Positions 29,172 to 40,063 of a DNA stretch of 64,000 nucleotides are shown here, piece by piece. The position numbers and the translations under genes were made by a program. Source of the stretch: a virus (taxonomy: Duplodnaviria; Caudoviricetes). The stretch is from positions 32,001 to 96,000 of IMG/VR virus record IMGVR_UViG_3300037455_000448; one strand, written 5' to 3'. How positions within the stretch are numbered: the first letter of the stretch is position 1; each line of letters starts with the position of its first letter. The notes under the pieces are model-generated. The model was not told where the DNA came from and searched no databases. It saw only the letters and a program-made list of their open reading frames with translations.

Positions 29172-31118
29172 ATGTCAGTAAATAAAGTAAGTCAAACAGA
29201 TGGTTCACTCGCTCCAATCGCGGGTGCTACATGCTATGCCGATAATCCTATCGGTTCTATTTTGCCTTTTGGTGGTGCTACAGCTCCTCGTGGATGGTTC
29301 CTCTGCCAAGGACAGTCACTTCTTAGAACTGAATATGCAGAACTCTTCGCAGTGATTGGTACGAGTTTCGGCTCAGCTGATTCAACACATTTTAATATTC
29401 CTGACCTTCGAGGAGAATTCCTTAGAGGTGCAGGAACTAACAGCCACAGTGGACAAGGCAATGGTGGCACAGTTGGTCAGCATCAAGATGGTACAGAACA
29501 TACACATGCTTATGCATATTCGGATAACTCTTTTGGTGTATTTGCATCTAAGAAAGGCTCTGGATTTAATGCAACAGTTGACAAAGTAGATTCGGTTGTT
29601 GCGCAGGAAGTCGAGTATATCAATACTAGCAGTATTAACAAAGGTGATCAATCTGATTATATTGCTTTGTATACTTCTCGTCCTACCAATACTTCAGTTA
29701 ACTATATCATCAAGGCCAAGAGCGTTGCTCTTCCAACAGATTTTGAGGTTGCGATTGATGGTATTCAAGATAATATCAATAAAAATGGTAGTAAGAATAT
29801 ATTACCATTTGAGTTGAATGACTTAAAAATACTCAATACTGCTGGCACATGGGAAGCAAATAGCTATACTTATGGTGGTGTTACTTTTGTTGTTAATTCA
29901 GATAATACTATTTCAACAAGTGGAACCTCAAATGCAAGGTTTGGATTTACTATATGCCTAAATTATGATGCTAGAAATATGATTTTATCTGGATGCCCTC
30001 AAGGCGGAGCACGAGCAACATATTCATTGCAATACTCAAACTATAACGATCAGTCATTTGCAGATACTGGTAAAGGGTATACTATCCCTGGCACAGTTAA
30101 TGCAGGAACATGGCGAGTTGTTATTTGGATCGAATCAGGTGCTGTTCTTAATGGCCTTGTATTCAAACCTATGGTTCGTCTTCCATCTGACAAAGATAGT
30201 ACTTATGCTCCTTATGCAGAAACAAACCGAGAATTAACAGAGGATACAACTGGACTCGTATACAGTGAAAGCAAAATGGGTGCTGTAAACTATTTGCGTT
30301 ATAACCTCAATCAGTTAAAAGCTTTAAATACCACCGGAACATGGTCTAACAATGTTTATACTGAGAGTGATGTTAGCTTTACTGTTAATTCTGACAAATC
30401 AGTTACGGTTACCGGACAAGCCTCAGCAACTGTTAATTTTAAATTGACACCAGCAACTAATGGTTCTAGTTGTCTTCATGATACTGGGTGGTTCCGGTTC
30501 TTAATGTCAAACAAAGTAGGTTCAAATTCTACATTCTTAATGATAATCTATTCATTTGATGCAAATAACACCAAGATATTCGACACTATATTTGCAGATC
30601 CAAGAGGGGAAGATATCAATATAAATCTTGTCCCCGATAGATTGTATTTTGGAATTAGAATCTATCAAGGCTATAATGCAAACGGTTATACATTTAAGCC
30701 TATGATAACCGCTGCAGGGGATCCTAATGGTAACTATGAAAATTATGTGCCCTATAGGATAAACAACAAAGAGTTGACAGAGAGTTTCTATGATAATCCA
30801 TGGCAGTTTGCAGGAAGTGGTCTGACTTGGGCCACTGGATTTACCTACAACGCTGGTGGTTATCAGAAAATAGGTAATATGGTTTTCTTTGCATTAAGAG
30901 CAACTGTATCTTCAACTGCTAGTACTGGAGATATACAAGTAGTGTCAGGTTTGCCTAAACCATTTACTACCAATAACATATTCACTTTTGCTTGTCATGA
31001 CAGTTCTGGTTCTGGCCATGTATGTTTTATGCAAGGAAGTACAGGAGCTATAAATATCAGAAATAAGCCTAATGGTGGTTCAGTCGCTATGACAGGATTT
31101 TACTTTAGTGCATATTGA
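29172..31118 (+). CDS. tail-collar-domain fibre protein
   Basis: PIGSILPFGG..P.GWFLCQG...Y.ELFAVIG..FNIPDLRGEFLRG, RP.N.SVNYIIKA; duplicated LNT.GTW domain. Confidence 0.8.
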   Translation: MSVNKVSQTDGSLAPIAGATCYADNPIGSILPFGGATAPRGWFLCQGQSLLRTEYAELFAVIGTSFGSADSTHFNIPDLRGEFLRGAGTNSHSGQGNGGTVGQHQDGTEHTHAYAYSDNSFGVFASKKGSGFNATVDKVDSVVAQEVEYINTSSINKGDQSDYIALYTSRPTNTSVNYIIKAKSVALPTDFEVAIDGIQDNINKNGSKNILPFELNDLKILNTAGTWEANSYTYGGVTFVVNSDNTISTSGTSNARFGFTICLNYDARNMILSGCPQGGARATYSLQYSNYNDQSFADTGKGYTIPGTVNAGTWRVVIWIESGAVLNGLVFKPMVRLPSDKDSTYAPYAETNRELTEDTTGLVYSESKMGAVNYLRYNLNQLKALNTTGTWSNNVYTESDVSFTVNSDKSVTVTGQASATVNFKLTPATNGSSCLHDTGWFRFLMSNKVGSNSTFLMIIYSFDANNTKIFDTIFADPRGEDININLVPDRLYFGIRIYQGYNANGYTFKPMITAAGDPNGNYENYVPYRINNKELTESFYDNPWQFAGSGLTWATGFTYNAGGYQKIGNMVFFALRATVSSTASTGDIQVVSGLPKPFTTNNIFTFACHDSSGSGHVCFMQGSTGAINIRNKPNGGSVAMTGFYFSAY

Positions 31119-31213
31119 TGGTAATAGCTACTCTCCTATTATATAAGGAGTATAAAGTTAAGGAGCTTAACAGCTCTTATTTTTTTGCACAAAAAAAGAA
31201 AGGAGCACCTGAT

Positions 31214-31450
31214 ATGTCGGTAAATAAGCGAATGCCCAATGGCGTTCTAAAAAAGATTGCTGGGTTGGGGACATATGTAATCGACTCAGTGCTCGACAAA
31301 AATTCAACTAATGCTGTCCAGAATAAAGCTATTGCCAATGCAATGGATACAAAGCAGAGTAAGATTTTTAAGGGTACAACTGCTGAGTGGACAGCTCTAA
31401 GTACAACAGAAAAAAGTAAGTATGAGTTTGTTGTGCTTACAGATGACTAA
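31214..31450 (+). CDS. minimal fibre adaptor-like protein
   Basis: AAGGAG RBS before MSVNKR; ends FKGTTAEWTALS..VVLTDD. Confidence 0.65.
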   Translation: MSVNKRMPNGVLKKIAGLGTYVIDSVLDKNSTNAVQNKAIANAMDTKQSKIFKGTTAEWTALSTTEKSKYEFVVLTDD

Positions 31451-31460
31451 GAGGTAATGT

Positions 31461-31631
31461 ATGAATTTCATAAAAACAAATGACGAAGAACTTGCCAAGA
31501 ATCTCAGGTTATCAGGTTATAAGGAACTTAAGAAACAAGGCAAGTTCTTTGTATTTCTGAACAATGGTAAATTAAAATTTACCGAAGAACAGGAACAGAA
31601 AATGATACGCACAAACAAGATGGAGGTCTAA
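31461..31631 (+). CDS. small head-module protein (56 aa)
   Basis: Hand translation MNFIKTNDEELAKNLRLSGYKEL...; GAGGT RBS. Confidence 0.6.
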   Translation: MNFIKTNDEELAKNLRLSGYKELKKQGKFFVFLNNGKLKFTEEQEQKMIRTNKMEV

Positions 31632-31633
31632 AC

Positions 31634-33208
31634 GTGAAAAAGAAACTATTAACGCTAGAAGACCTTGTCAAGTTTTGTAAAGCCCAGAAGATGTATAACT
31701 TCAGTGCTAATGATGAAGATGGCCCTATATATGTTCAGGTGCCAGCAGCTTTCAAGAAAAAGGAAGTAGAAGATCCTGCTTATCTATATGTAGACCTTAA
31801 GGCTTTTCATACTGGAAGAAATAGAAACACCAGCTCTGTAACTTATGATGCAGCAAAAAAATCCTTGGATACTTTTTCATACAAGCCTATCCTTGCAGCT
31901 TTTATGACTAAAGAGGACGGTGAAGAAGATTTCACTACTCATGAAATGGAACTGGATGAAGATGGAAATGTTGTTTACATTGAGCATCCAGTAGGTTGCT
32001 TTACTACAGATAAGCCAAGGATGGAAAAGGATTCTGAACATGAGGATAGATATTATATCTATGCCACTGGCGTGATATATCGCGAATATAGCCATGCTGC
32101 AGATATCATCGAGCGTAAAGATGGTACCAAGGTATCAGTAGAACTCATGGTTAATGAATTCCAATATGACGAAGAAGAAGATCTTTTACTTTTGACAGAC
32201 ATTGAAGTATCTGGAATTACACTTCTTGGAACCAACCCGGAAACCGGGGATCCGGTTGAAGAAGGTATGGAAGGTGCAAGACTTGACATTAAAGATTTCA
32301 GCAGAGACAACAACAGTGTTTTTGCAAAAGAAGAAATCAAACAGTTTATCCAGGATTCCATAAGGGAGGCCTTAGATAATATCAATTCTCAGAGGAAGGA
32401 GGAAAACAATCAAATGAACCATTTCGAAGAATTACTCGAAAAGTATGGGAAGACCGTCGAAGAAATCACATTCGCATACGAAGGTTTGTCAGATGAAGAG
32501 CTTGACGCTGCTTTCGCAGAGGCATTTGAAACAGCTCCTGAGCCTGAGAATCCAGAGCCTCAGGGAGAAAGTGTTGAGTTCTCAGTAACCTACAAAGGTG
32601 AGACGAAGACATTCGCAAAGTCACTTAATGACCAGATTAAAGAAATCACAGAGCTTGTCAACGCTACATATGGCGGAGAAGACAATGATTATTATGACTG
32701 TGAAGTATTTGATGATAAGACAGTTCTTTTCCATGGTTGGTATCAGGGAAGACACTTCAAACAGAGATACGGAAACAAGGAAGGCAATCTTGTTCTAAAG
32801 GGTGAGAGAACTGAAGTATTTGTTCGCTACCTTACAGAAGAAGAACTGGCCGCTCTTGAAGAACTTAAGTCAAAGTTTGAAGCTATCTCAAAAGATTTTG
32901 AGGCAGTAAGTGTTGAACTCGGCCACTATAAAGACGAGCCTAAAAAGATGGAAGCTCTTGAGGCTGAAGATTATAGCGCTCTTTCAGAGAACGCAGAATT
33001 TGCAGCCCTCAAGACAATGGACGTTCATTTTGAAATGTCCATCGAAGATGTAAAAGCAAAAGCAGATGCGATACTTCTTGCAGCAGCTAAAGCTGGGAAA
33101 GTTGATTTTTCTAAGAAGGAAGAATCACATAAAAAGCCTATTCTGAACATTGCAAAAGTATCAGGAACATACGGCAACCTGATTAAGGATGCTAAGGGAT
33201 TACACTAA
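31634..33208 (+). CDS. prohead protease/scaffold fusion (YonD-like)
   Basis: HTGRNRN, KVSVEL, GITLLG, then acidic coiled coil; upstream of capsid genes. Confidence 0.75.
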   Translation: MKKKLLTLEDLVKFCKAQKMYNFSANDEDGPIYVQVPAAFKKKEVEDPAYLYVDLKAFHTGRNRNTSSVTYDAAKKSLDTFSYKPILAAFMTKEDGEEDFTTHEMELDEDGNVVYIEHPVGCFTTDKPRMEKDSEHEDRYYIYATGVIYREYSHAADIIERKDGTKVSVELMVNEFQYDEEEDLLLLTDIEVSGITLLGTNPETGDPVEEGMEGARLDIKDFSRDNNSVFAKEEIKQFIQDSIREALDNINSQRKEENNQMNHFEELLEKYGKTVEEITFAYEGLSDEELDAAFAEAFETAPEPENPEPQGESVEFSVTYKGETKTFAKSLNDQIKEITELVNATYGGEDNDYYDCEVFDDKTVLFHGWYQGRHFKQRYGNKEGNLVLKGERTEVFVRYLTEEELAALEELKSKFEAISKDFEAVSVELGHYKDEPKKMEALEAEDYSALSENAEFAALKTMDVHFEMSIEDVKAKADAILLAAAKAGKVDFSKKEESHKKPILNIAKVSGTYGNLIKDAKGLH

Positions 33209-33229
33209 TTAGAAAGGAGAACATCTATC

Positions 33230-33700
33230 ATGATGACAGCCGATTTTACTATTGGAAGCCACGCTATTGGATATCCTGCAAATGTGGCATCACAGCGTTA
33301 TGGCAATCATATGCCAAGCGTAAAACTCTCAACAGATACTGACAACGGTAATCTTATCGCAGTTGGTGCATGGAAGGCATGGGATTATTTTGAGGAGGCA
33401 GCTGTAACTACATTTACAGGAAAGATCATTGCTCAGAATCCTGATGGCACTTTCCTTGTTCTTGTAACAGATCCTGGCGATGCTGTATTCGTATACACAA
33501 AGCCTCTTACACCTTATGAATCTCCAGCTGCTCTTAAGCAGGAGAAGGCATTCTTCAATAAAGCTGGTGATATTGCACGTACATATGTGCTTACAAAGTT
33601 TGACCGTATCGCTATAAGTGCTGAAGGTTTCGACGGTACTCCTGTTGTTGGTAAGAACATTACTGGAGTTTCTGCTAAGAAGCTTACAGTTGGCGCATAA
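33230..33700 (+). CDS. capsid decoration/minor capsid protein
   Basis: Between scaffold and major capsid; highly biased codon usage. Confidence 0.6.
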   Translation: MMTADFTIGSHAIGYPANVASQRYGNHMPSVKLSTDTDNGNLIAVGAWKAWDYFEEAAVTTFTGKIIAQNPDGTFLVLVTDPGDAVFVYTKPLTPYESPAALKQEKAFFNKAGDIARTYVLTKFDRIAISAEGFDGTPVVGKNITGVSAKKLTVGA

Positions 33701-33726
33701 ATCTAGGAAAGGAGGAAAAATTAACT

Positions 33727-34839
33727 ATGATGAATTTTAGCACAGACAATCTCCGCACAGTATTTGCTGATGATAATAAGTTTGATAAATTTGAAAAGCT
33801 CTGCTTTGATCTCGTTCAGGGTAACCCTATGTACGATGTAGATGACAACGGAAATCAGGTTGTTGTATCAAAGAGAGATGCTAATAAGGCTATCCAGAAA
33901 GTATTCATGGATATCTGCGGTCTTTCAGAGGAAGATCTCAAGTCAAAGAAAAAGAGAAAAAGAGCTGAGCAGGCTCATGCTGTTGAGGTATTTGAAGTTA
34001 TCGAGAACGTCATTGACTTCAAGATCGAGGCAGGATGGAAAGAGTCTGAGTTCTTCAATAACTTCGTTGAGGTTCACAACGTTGCTCTTGGCGATGCTGA
34101 AGAGTTCAGAACAGAGATGCCTACTCTTTTCGTAGTAAGCGATTACTCTGGTGATAATCATGATCTTACAATGCAGCAGTATCCTGAGGGAAAGGTTATC
34201 CCTGTAAAGGCAACTCCTAAGTATATTAAGACTGGTAAGGACATTGACCTTATTATTCTTGGAAGAGTTGATTTTGATAAGTGGGTATCAAGAATTGCTG
34301 AATCTTATGTTCAGTACACACAGAAGCTTGCTTATGATGCTCTTCTTTCAGTTCAGAATACTCTTCCATCAGCTTATAAGGGAAGCGGTGCGCTTTCAGC
34401 TTCAACTAAGGATAACTTTGATGCTCTTATTGAACAGGTTGAGGCTATCAACGGAGCTACAGCAGTTATCATGGGAACTAAGGTAGCTCTTAAGAAGATT
34501 ACTGCTATTGCAAATGTTCAGTGGGCGTCTGAAGATCAGAAGAAGTCTATCGCTGATACTGGTAGACTTGGTAACTATGAAGGCACAATTCTTATCGAGA
34601 TTGAGCAGAGACTGTCACTTGCTGACGGTGTAACAAGAATGATTGATAATGACCTTCTGTGGATCTTCCCAACTGTTGAAGACAAGTTCATCAAGATGGT
34701 TGATGGTGGTGAAACAACTCTTGAGATTGATGAGAAGGGTAGACTTCAGGATGACTTTGAGACTATCGAAGTTGCAAGAGACCTTGGAGTTGGTGTTGCC
34801 CTTGGCCAGTACATGGGTGTTTGGGATCTCAACCCTTAA
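33727..34839 (+). CDS. major capsid protein
   Basis: 370 aa, synteny, VIMGTKVALKKI..G.LG.YEG motifs, high-expression codons. Confidence 0.8.
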   Translation: MMNFSTDNLRTVFADDNKFDKFEKLCFDLVQGNPMYDVDDNGNQVVVSKRDANKAIQKVFMDICGLSEEDLKSKKKRKRAEQAHAVEVFEVIENVIDFKIEAGWKESEFFNNFVEVHNVALGDAEEFRTEMPTLFVVSDYSGDNHDLTMQQYPEGKVIPVKATPKYIKTGKDIDLIILGRVDFDKWVSRIAESYVQYTQKLAYDALLSVQNTLPSAYKGSGALSASTKDNFDALIEQVEAINGATAVIMGTKVALKKITAIANVQWASEDQKKSIADTGRLGNYEGTILIEIEQRLSLADGVTRMIDNDLLWIFPTVEDKFIKMVDGGETTLEIDEKGRLQDDFETIEVARDLGVGVALGQYMGVWDLNP

Positions 34840-34872
34840 TTATTGAGAAGGATTAAAAGGAGAATAAATTAA

Positions 34873-35421
34873 ATGCCAAGAACTAAAATGGATAATCTCG
34901 TAAAAGAACTTAATGCCGAAGATGGATTTAATCAGGAAGAGGCTGCTGTTGAGCAGCCTCTTAAGAAAAGAATTTACAAGAATGGCGATATGGTAAAGGT
35001 GTCATCAGTTGTTGCCGGAGTGCTTGTCTATTCAGATGAAGTAACTGGTAACAAATATACATGGCCATCTTTTGGAGATGTTGAGGAAGTAGAATACTCA
35101 GACCTTCTTCGCATGATTAAGAAGAGGCAGGTTCTGTTTAAGCCAAGTGCTATTGTTCTGGATAAAGATTTAATTGAACAGAACAAGACTTTGAGCGAGC
35201 TTTATGCTTCTCTCTATACTCCACAGGAGATTCGTGAAATCTTATCTCTTGATCCAGCATCTCTTAAAGCTAAGATTGAATCCCTTCCAGGAAATGTAAA
35301 GGAAAATGTTAAGGACGTAGCGATCATGATGATTGATCAGGGCGAGCTTGATAGCGTAGCTAAGATTAAAGTCCTTGACGAGCTTTTCGGTACAAAGCTT
35401 CTTATGAAGATGGCACAGTAA
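34873..35421 (+). CDS. head-associated protein
   Basis: Y.W..FGDVEEVEY.DL; post-capsid position. Confidence 0.6.
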   Translation: MPRTKMDNLVKELNAEDGFNQEEAAVEQPLKKRIYKNGDMVKVSSVVAGVLVYSDEVTGNKYTWPSFGDVEEVEYSDLLRMIKKRQVLFKPSAIVLDKDLIEQNKTLSELYASLYTPQEIREILSLDPASLKAKIESLPGNVKENVKDVAIMMIDQGELDSVAKIKVLDELFGTKLLMKMAQ

Positions 35422-35436
35422 GCAAGGAGGTTTCAA

Positions 35437-35898
35437 ATGGCCTCTATTAATTATGAATCTATATTCAGACTGTTCTTAGGCAGTATTACAGATTATAATC
35501 TTGCTTCCTTAGAGGAGAATGACGCTAACGACTTAATGAAGGAGTATCTTCACAAGGCACTTGGTGCATCTTATTTGCGTAAGGTCTTCTCCTCTATTGT
35601 TTTAGATGATGAGTCAAATACTATATCTTATGTTATGGCACAACCGACAGATGATGAATCCGATTCCGAGTTTGTCACTAATGCCGTGGCTAAATGGATG
35701 ATATATGAGTGGGTTGCCAATCAGGTAAATAATACTACTCTAACTCATCAGATAATCTTTTCAAGTAAAGAGAAATCTTTTTATTCTCAGCAGGCTCAAC
35801 TTGCGACGAATATGAGCTTGAAAGATCGTCTGTATAATGAAGCAAGAAATTATGTAATGGACAGAGGGTTTATTCACAACTCCTATTTAGGAGGGTGA
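35437..35898 (+). CDS. putative head-tail adaptor
   Basis: Synteny; SFYSQ.AQL motif. Confidence 0.55.
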   Translation: MASINYESIFRLFLGSITDYNLASLEENDANDLMKEYLHKALGASYLRKVFSSIVLDDESNTISYVMAQPTDDESDSEFVTNAVAKWMIYEWVANQVNNTTLTHQIIFSSKEKSFYSQQAQLATNMSLKDRLYNEARNYVMDRGFIHNSYLGG

Positions 35899-35902
35899 AG
35901 CC

Positions 35903-36247
35903 ATGGGTAATGTAATTAAATATACGTATGGTGATTTTGCAGGTCTTCAGATAAAACAGATCAAAGCGAAAATGCGTAGACAGATATTCTTTCTGTTATG
36001 CATAGTAGACCCTAAGACTGCTAAGGATTATGATGTTGACCCAAGTGCTGCAATAGAAAATGTACTAAGGACATATGGTAGCCTTAATGATTTATTAGGA
36101 TATCCAGAAGAATTAGTCGAGGTTATGGTTATGCTTAATGCTGCCTATCAGGAATATCAGAAGGGAACTGAAGATATGAACTGGAAGGTATACCGTAAAC
36201 TCATTCTAGATGCAAGCAGTGCGGTAAGCAGAATTAAGGAGGTGTGA
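35903..36247 (+). CDS. hypothetical neck-region protein
   Basis: 114-aa ORF in the operon. Confidence 0.6.
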   Translation: MGNVIKYTYGDFAGLQIKQIKAKMRRQIFFLLCIVDPKTAKDYDVDPSAAIENVLRTYGSLNDLLGYPEELVEVMVMLNAAYQEYQKGTEDMNWKVYRKLILDASSAVSRIKEV

Positions 36248-36249
36248 TT

Positions 36250-37425
36250 ATGCCTTCTTTTGATGTGTACAAAAAGATGCTTGGCAATAATAACATTGGG
36301 CAGGCCATTAAGGCTCAGTCTGATATGATAATGGAAGCTACATGGGATAGCGATTTAGATGCTAAGACAGCATACTTCTATTCTCAAAAGTATGACGATG
36401 AGTTTGAGAAATCGGATGATCTTCATCCGGAACTGTCAAAGACAAAGATTCCAGTAAAAGTTAAACTTTTCGAAATGGAATACAACTCTCTCTCCAAGGA
36501 TGAAGTTGCATGGCATCTTATTTTTCAGCCAAGTTTTGATTACCATCAGGTTATTCCATATTACGATGAAGACTTTGCAAAGGTTACGAAAAGTATGTTT
36601 CCTATTGGACTTTATCTGGATTATCCAGACTCTAAGGGAATATATCATCGTTGGCTAGTTGTTGGTCAGTATCGTTATTATGGTAATCAGTTCCCATCTT
36701 ACCAAGTATTGCCAGCAGATTATAAACTGCAGTGGATATTTGAAAGAAAGAAGTATGAATGTTGGGGAGTTCTTCGAAGTCAGAATTCGTATAATTCTGG
36801 CGTGTGGACTGACTATAAAACTACTGAACCTGAGAATCAAAAGATTATCTGGATGCCATATAATGATAAGACTGTTAATATCTTCTATGATCAGCGAGTT
36901 GCTATTTCTGAACCAAGGAAAGAACCTGTTGTTTGGAAATGCACTAAAGTTGAAGATATGAATGTCCGTGGTATTATACGAATCACATGGGCTCAGGATC
37001 AGTGGAATGAACACACTGATTACGTCGAAAAAACTGATGACGGTCTTGTGCGTGGTATTTGGTGTGATTATTTCACAACAGATGGCATTGCTCCAACAGA
37101 TACAACTCCGAAAGAAAATATCCATTCAGTCATCTCCTATGTTGGTAAATCAACGATAAAGGTAGGTGGCAGTTATAAAAAGTTCACTGTTGATTTCTTC
37201 GATGGTGAAAAGCCGATTGACTTTATGTTAGGTCAATGGAAATTTGAGATTGATGGTAATGATGTAAGTAGCCTTCTAAAGACAAGTACAGATGATATCG
37301 AAAAGAATCAGATTAAAGTCCAGTTTATTGGAAGTGATAAATATATGGGTAAGACTTTAGTCGTATCCTATATTACTACTACAGGCATTACATCAAGTGT
37401 GGACATTGCAGTGACAGGAGTATAA
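36250..37425 (+). CDS. putative head-closure protein with Ig-like C-terminus
   Basis: Synteny; beta-rich. Confidence 0.5.
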   Translation: MPSFDVYKKMLGNNNIGQAIKAQSDMIMEATWDSDLDAKTAYFYSQKYDDEFEKSDDLHPELSKTKIPVKVKLFEMEYNSLSKDEVAWHLIFQPSFDYHQVIPYYDEDFAKVTKSMFPIGLYLDYPDSKGIYHRWLVVGQYRYYGNQFPSYQVLPADYKLQWIFERKKYECWGVLRSQNSYNSGVWTDYKTTEPENQKIIWMPYNDKTVNIFYDQRVAISEPRKEPVVWKCTKVEDMNVRGIIRITWAQDQWNEHTDYVEKTDDGLVRGIWCDYFTTDGIAPTDTTPKENIHSVISYVGKSTIKVGGSYKKFTVDFFDGEKPIDFMLGQWKFEIDGNDVSSLLKTSTDDIEKNQIKVQFIGSDKYMGKTLVVSYITTTGITSSVDIAVTGV

Positions 37426-37429
37426 GCCT

Positions 37430-37987
37430 ATGAGTATAACAGAGAAAGAACTGGAAGAACTTCGTAGGCTTAGAACGCAGCCTGATGAAGTGGATGTCCG
37501 GTACAAACAAATAGTAATACCCAAATTATTAGCGAATAACAAGATCCTTTATCTGATCCATAACGAGGAACTGGAGAAAGCTGGTGCTGAGCCAGATGAG
37601 TATCTAGATATCAATATTCTAAAGCATTATCTGATACATCCCACTCAGACAAATGTAAAAAACTTTATCTGCATAGAGACATCTTTTGATGAAGTATCTC
37701 GTAGAAATTCAGTAATGAAGATCCAGCAGATTATATTTTATATTCTATGTCATCATTCAGATATTACTGTGGCTGAATTAAGCAGTGACCGACATGACCT
37801 TATTGCAGCTGAGTTGATCAATATGTTTCAGGGATGTAATGATTTTGGAACACAGTTAAAACTCATGTCTAATAAACCTAGTGTAGTAGATAACGACTAT
37901 GCTTCTCGCACGCTTATTTTTGAGCAGCAGACTACAAACTCAATAACTAATGACAAAAGGACTATGAACCTTAGGAATGGCTATTGA
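37430..37987 (+). CDS. putative tail terminator/completion protein
   Basis: R.DLIA..L..MF motif; synteny. Confidence 0.5.
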   Translation: MSITEKELEELRRLRTQPDEVDVRYKQIVIPKLLANNKILYLIHNEELEKAGAEPDEYLDINILKHYLIHPTQTNVKNFICIETSFDEVSRRNSVMKIQQIIFYILCHHSDITVAELSSDRHDLIAAELINMFQGCNDFGTQLKLMSNKPSVVDNDYASRTLIFEQQTTNSITNDKRTMNLRNGY

Positions 37988-38789
37988 TAAAGTTGTCGTG
38001 TTGAGTGGCGATCCAGTTGCAATTTGTGATGGGATTACGGTGTATCAACCTACACTTAGGGAAATTAAAGACTACGGTGAATCTAAGTTTTTCAGTACAT
38101 TCTGGACATTTTGTTCTTCTCCTTGGGATATGCCATCCATGCTTGATGACATGGGCGTAAATTTTATGGAGATAACTGAATGGGAACTATTTAGAAGTAT
38201 TGCTATAGGTTTATCTCAAGAGGTTACTAAACCAATATTTGGTGATCTTGATTTTTCAAAGTTTGTACAAATGACAAGAAAGATGCCGGATGGTGAGACG
38301 GATGTTGTCCTCTATAACAAGGAAACTCAACAGATAATTGATGAAGAGATGTACAAAGCATTTATACCTTTTGTAAGAGAGGCTATTGGTTTTGAACACT
38401 CAGGTAAAAAGGCTGGTAACGAATATACTCGTAAGGCCTTGATCATTGATGACAGAAAGACTCGCAAAAGGAATGCAAGAAAACCTTATGAGTCAGCTCT
38501 GTTTAATGGGATTATTTCGCTAGTAAATACAGAGGAATGTAAATATGACTATAACACAATATTTAATATAACTCTGTATCAATTTACAAAATCTATCACT
38601 CAAATTCAAGGAAAGAAATCAGCATGTGCACTGTTGCAGGGTAGCATATCGGGATTCTGCGATACGTCAAAGATCCCTAAGATAGACTTTCAGTGGATGT
38701 ACAGTGACAAGAAATACAATTCACCTCGCGGACATAAGCTGTTCACTGGTGAGAAACAAGCAATTCAGCAAGCAGGAGCGGTCAAATGA
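37977..38789 (+). CDS. tail-module protein
   Basis: QPTLREI..GE..F; TLYQF..S; upstream of the tube gene. Confidence 0.55.
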   Translation: MAIDKVVVLSGDPVAICDGITVYQPTLREIKDYGESKFFSTFWTFCSSPWDMPSMLDDMGVNFMEITEWELFRSIAIGLSQEVTKPIFGDLDFSKFVQMTRKMPDGETDVVLYNKETQQIIDEEMYKAFIPFVREAIGFEHSGKKAGNEYTRKALIIDDRKTRKRNARKPYESALFNGIISLVNTEECKYDYNTIFNITLYQFTKSITQIQGKKSACALLQGSISGFCDTSKIPKIDFQWMYSDKKYNSPRGHKLFTGEKQAIQQAGAVK

Positions 38790-38822
38790 TCGCTCTTATT
38801 TTATTTGAAAGGAGAATAAATC

Positions 38823-40052
38823 ATGATTAATTTTGATCAGCTCGTAATTGATCGAGTTCTCGATGGTTGGTTTGAGGACAAAGATCTTAGAGTTCTTGCT
38901 GTTCTTGATCAGATTCAGAACTTCCAGGTATCTGTTTCTTCAACAACAAAGGATAAGACTGATGCTCAGGGAACTCTTATCAAGAGATTCTATACAGCTA
39001 AGCAGGCAGAGGTAACTGGTGAGAATGCAATCTTCTCTCTTGACCTCTCTGCAATTCAGGCTGGAACATCCAAGCTTACAGGATCAGACGTTACTCTTCC
39101 AAGAATCATTCAGGTTGCTAAGTCTGCTAATGCTCTTAAGCTCCCTGACACACCTATCGATGGTACTCTTATTGTTTATGGTACTCTTGACAATGGTGTT
39201 GTTGATACATCAAAACAGTATACTGCAGGTGCAGCAGCTGGTGAGAACACATATGCTGTTTCTACAGTAGAAGGTGTTACTACTATTGCTCTTCCTACAA
39301 ATGCAACAGACTACGTACAGATTAAGTATGAGTACAAGGTTGCTGAAGGAAAGTCTGCAGCAAGAGTTAACCACGACGGAACACACTTCCCTAAGGAAGT
39401 TAAGGCTACATTCAGAGTTCTTTGCTCAGATGTTTGTGATTCTGAGACAGTAAGAGCATTCTACATTGTATTCCCTAAGTTCCAGATCTCTCCTGACTTT
39501 GATATGACTTTCGATACAGAGTCAACACAGGGCTTCTCCGCAACAGCATTCAAGGATTACTGCGCTAAGGAGCAGATCCTGTTCTACATTGCTATTGCAG
39601 AGGATTCTGATAAGTATGATGCAGTTCAGCCAGCAGAGCTTGAAGAGGCTGAGCCAGCTATTGCAGGCGCAAAGACAGAGGCTGAGGATGGATCAGTTGT
39701 AATGTTTGGTACACCAGTATCTGACATGCAGGAAGATGTAGTAGTTGCTGATGGCGCTATTACTGGTACTCTTAAGTATCTTGACACTGGTGCTCTTGCT
39801 GAGCATTGGGGCGCAGGTAACTTCCTTGCTCTTAAGTTCTCTGATATCCCAGCAACAGCAACATCTGTACTCGTTGGTCTTGATCCTTCAGAGAGCAGCG
39901 GCCTTGTTGAGATCATCAATGATCCTGACAAAAATGGTGCATTCAAGATTACAAACAAGAATACTCAGGTATTCAAGGTTGTTACATCTGATGGCACAAG
40001 CACAAATACTCAGACATTCTCACTTTCCGGTCTTACAACACTGGATTCTTAA
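38823..40052 (+). CDS. major tail tube protein with C-terminal accessory domain
   Basis: High-expression codons, synteny, acidic linker then ~125-aa beta domain; terminator follows. Confidence 0.7.
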   Translation: MINFDQLVIDRVLDGWFEDKDLRVLAVLDQIQNFQVSVSSTTKDKTDAQGTLIKRFYTAKQAEVTGENAIFSLDLSAIQAGTSKLTGSDVTLPRIIQVAKSANALKLPDTPIDGTLIVYGTLDNGVVDTSKQYTAGAAAGENTYAVSTVEGVTTIALPTNATDYVQIKYEYKVAEGKSAARVNHDGTHFPKEVKATFRVLCSDVCDSETVRAFYIVFPKFQISPDFDMTFDTESTQGFSATAFKDYCAKEQILFYIAIAEDSDKYDAVQPAELEEAEPAIAGAKTEAEDGSVVMFGTPVSDMQEDVVVADGAITGTLKYLDTGALAEHWGAGNFLALKFSDIPATATSVLVGLDPSESSGLVEIINDPDKNGAFKITNKNTQVFKVVTSDGTSTNTQTFSLSGLTTLDS

Positions 40053-40063
40053 TGTCATTAACA

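Noticed and set aside
21413-31450. Additional DGR variable repeats in the fibre cluster
   Set aside because: No second copy of TGGTGGCTGCGC...GTTCGCCCC noticed; a local alignment would be needed to exclude it fully.
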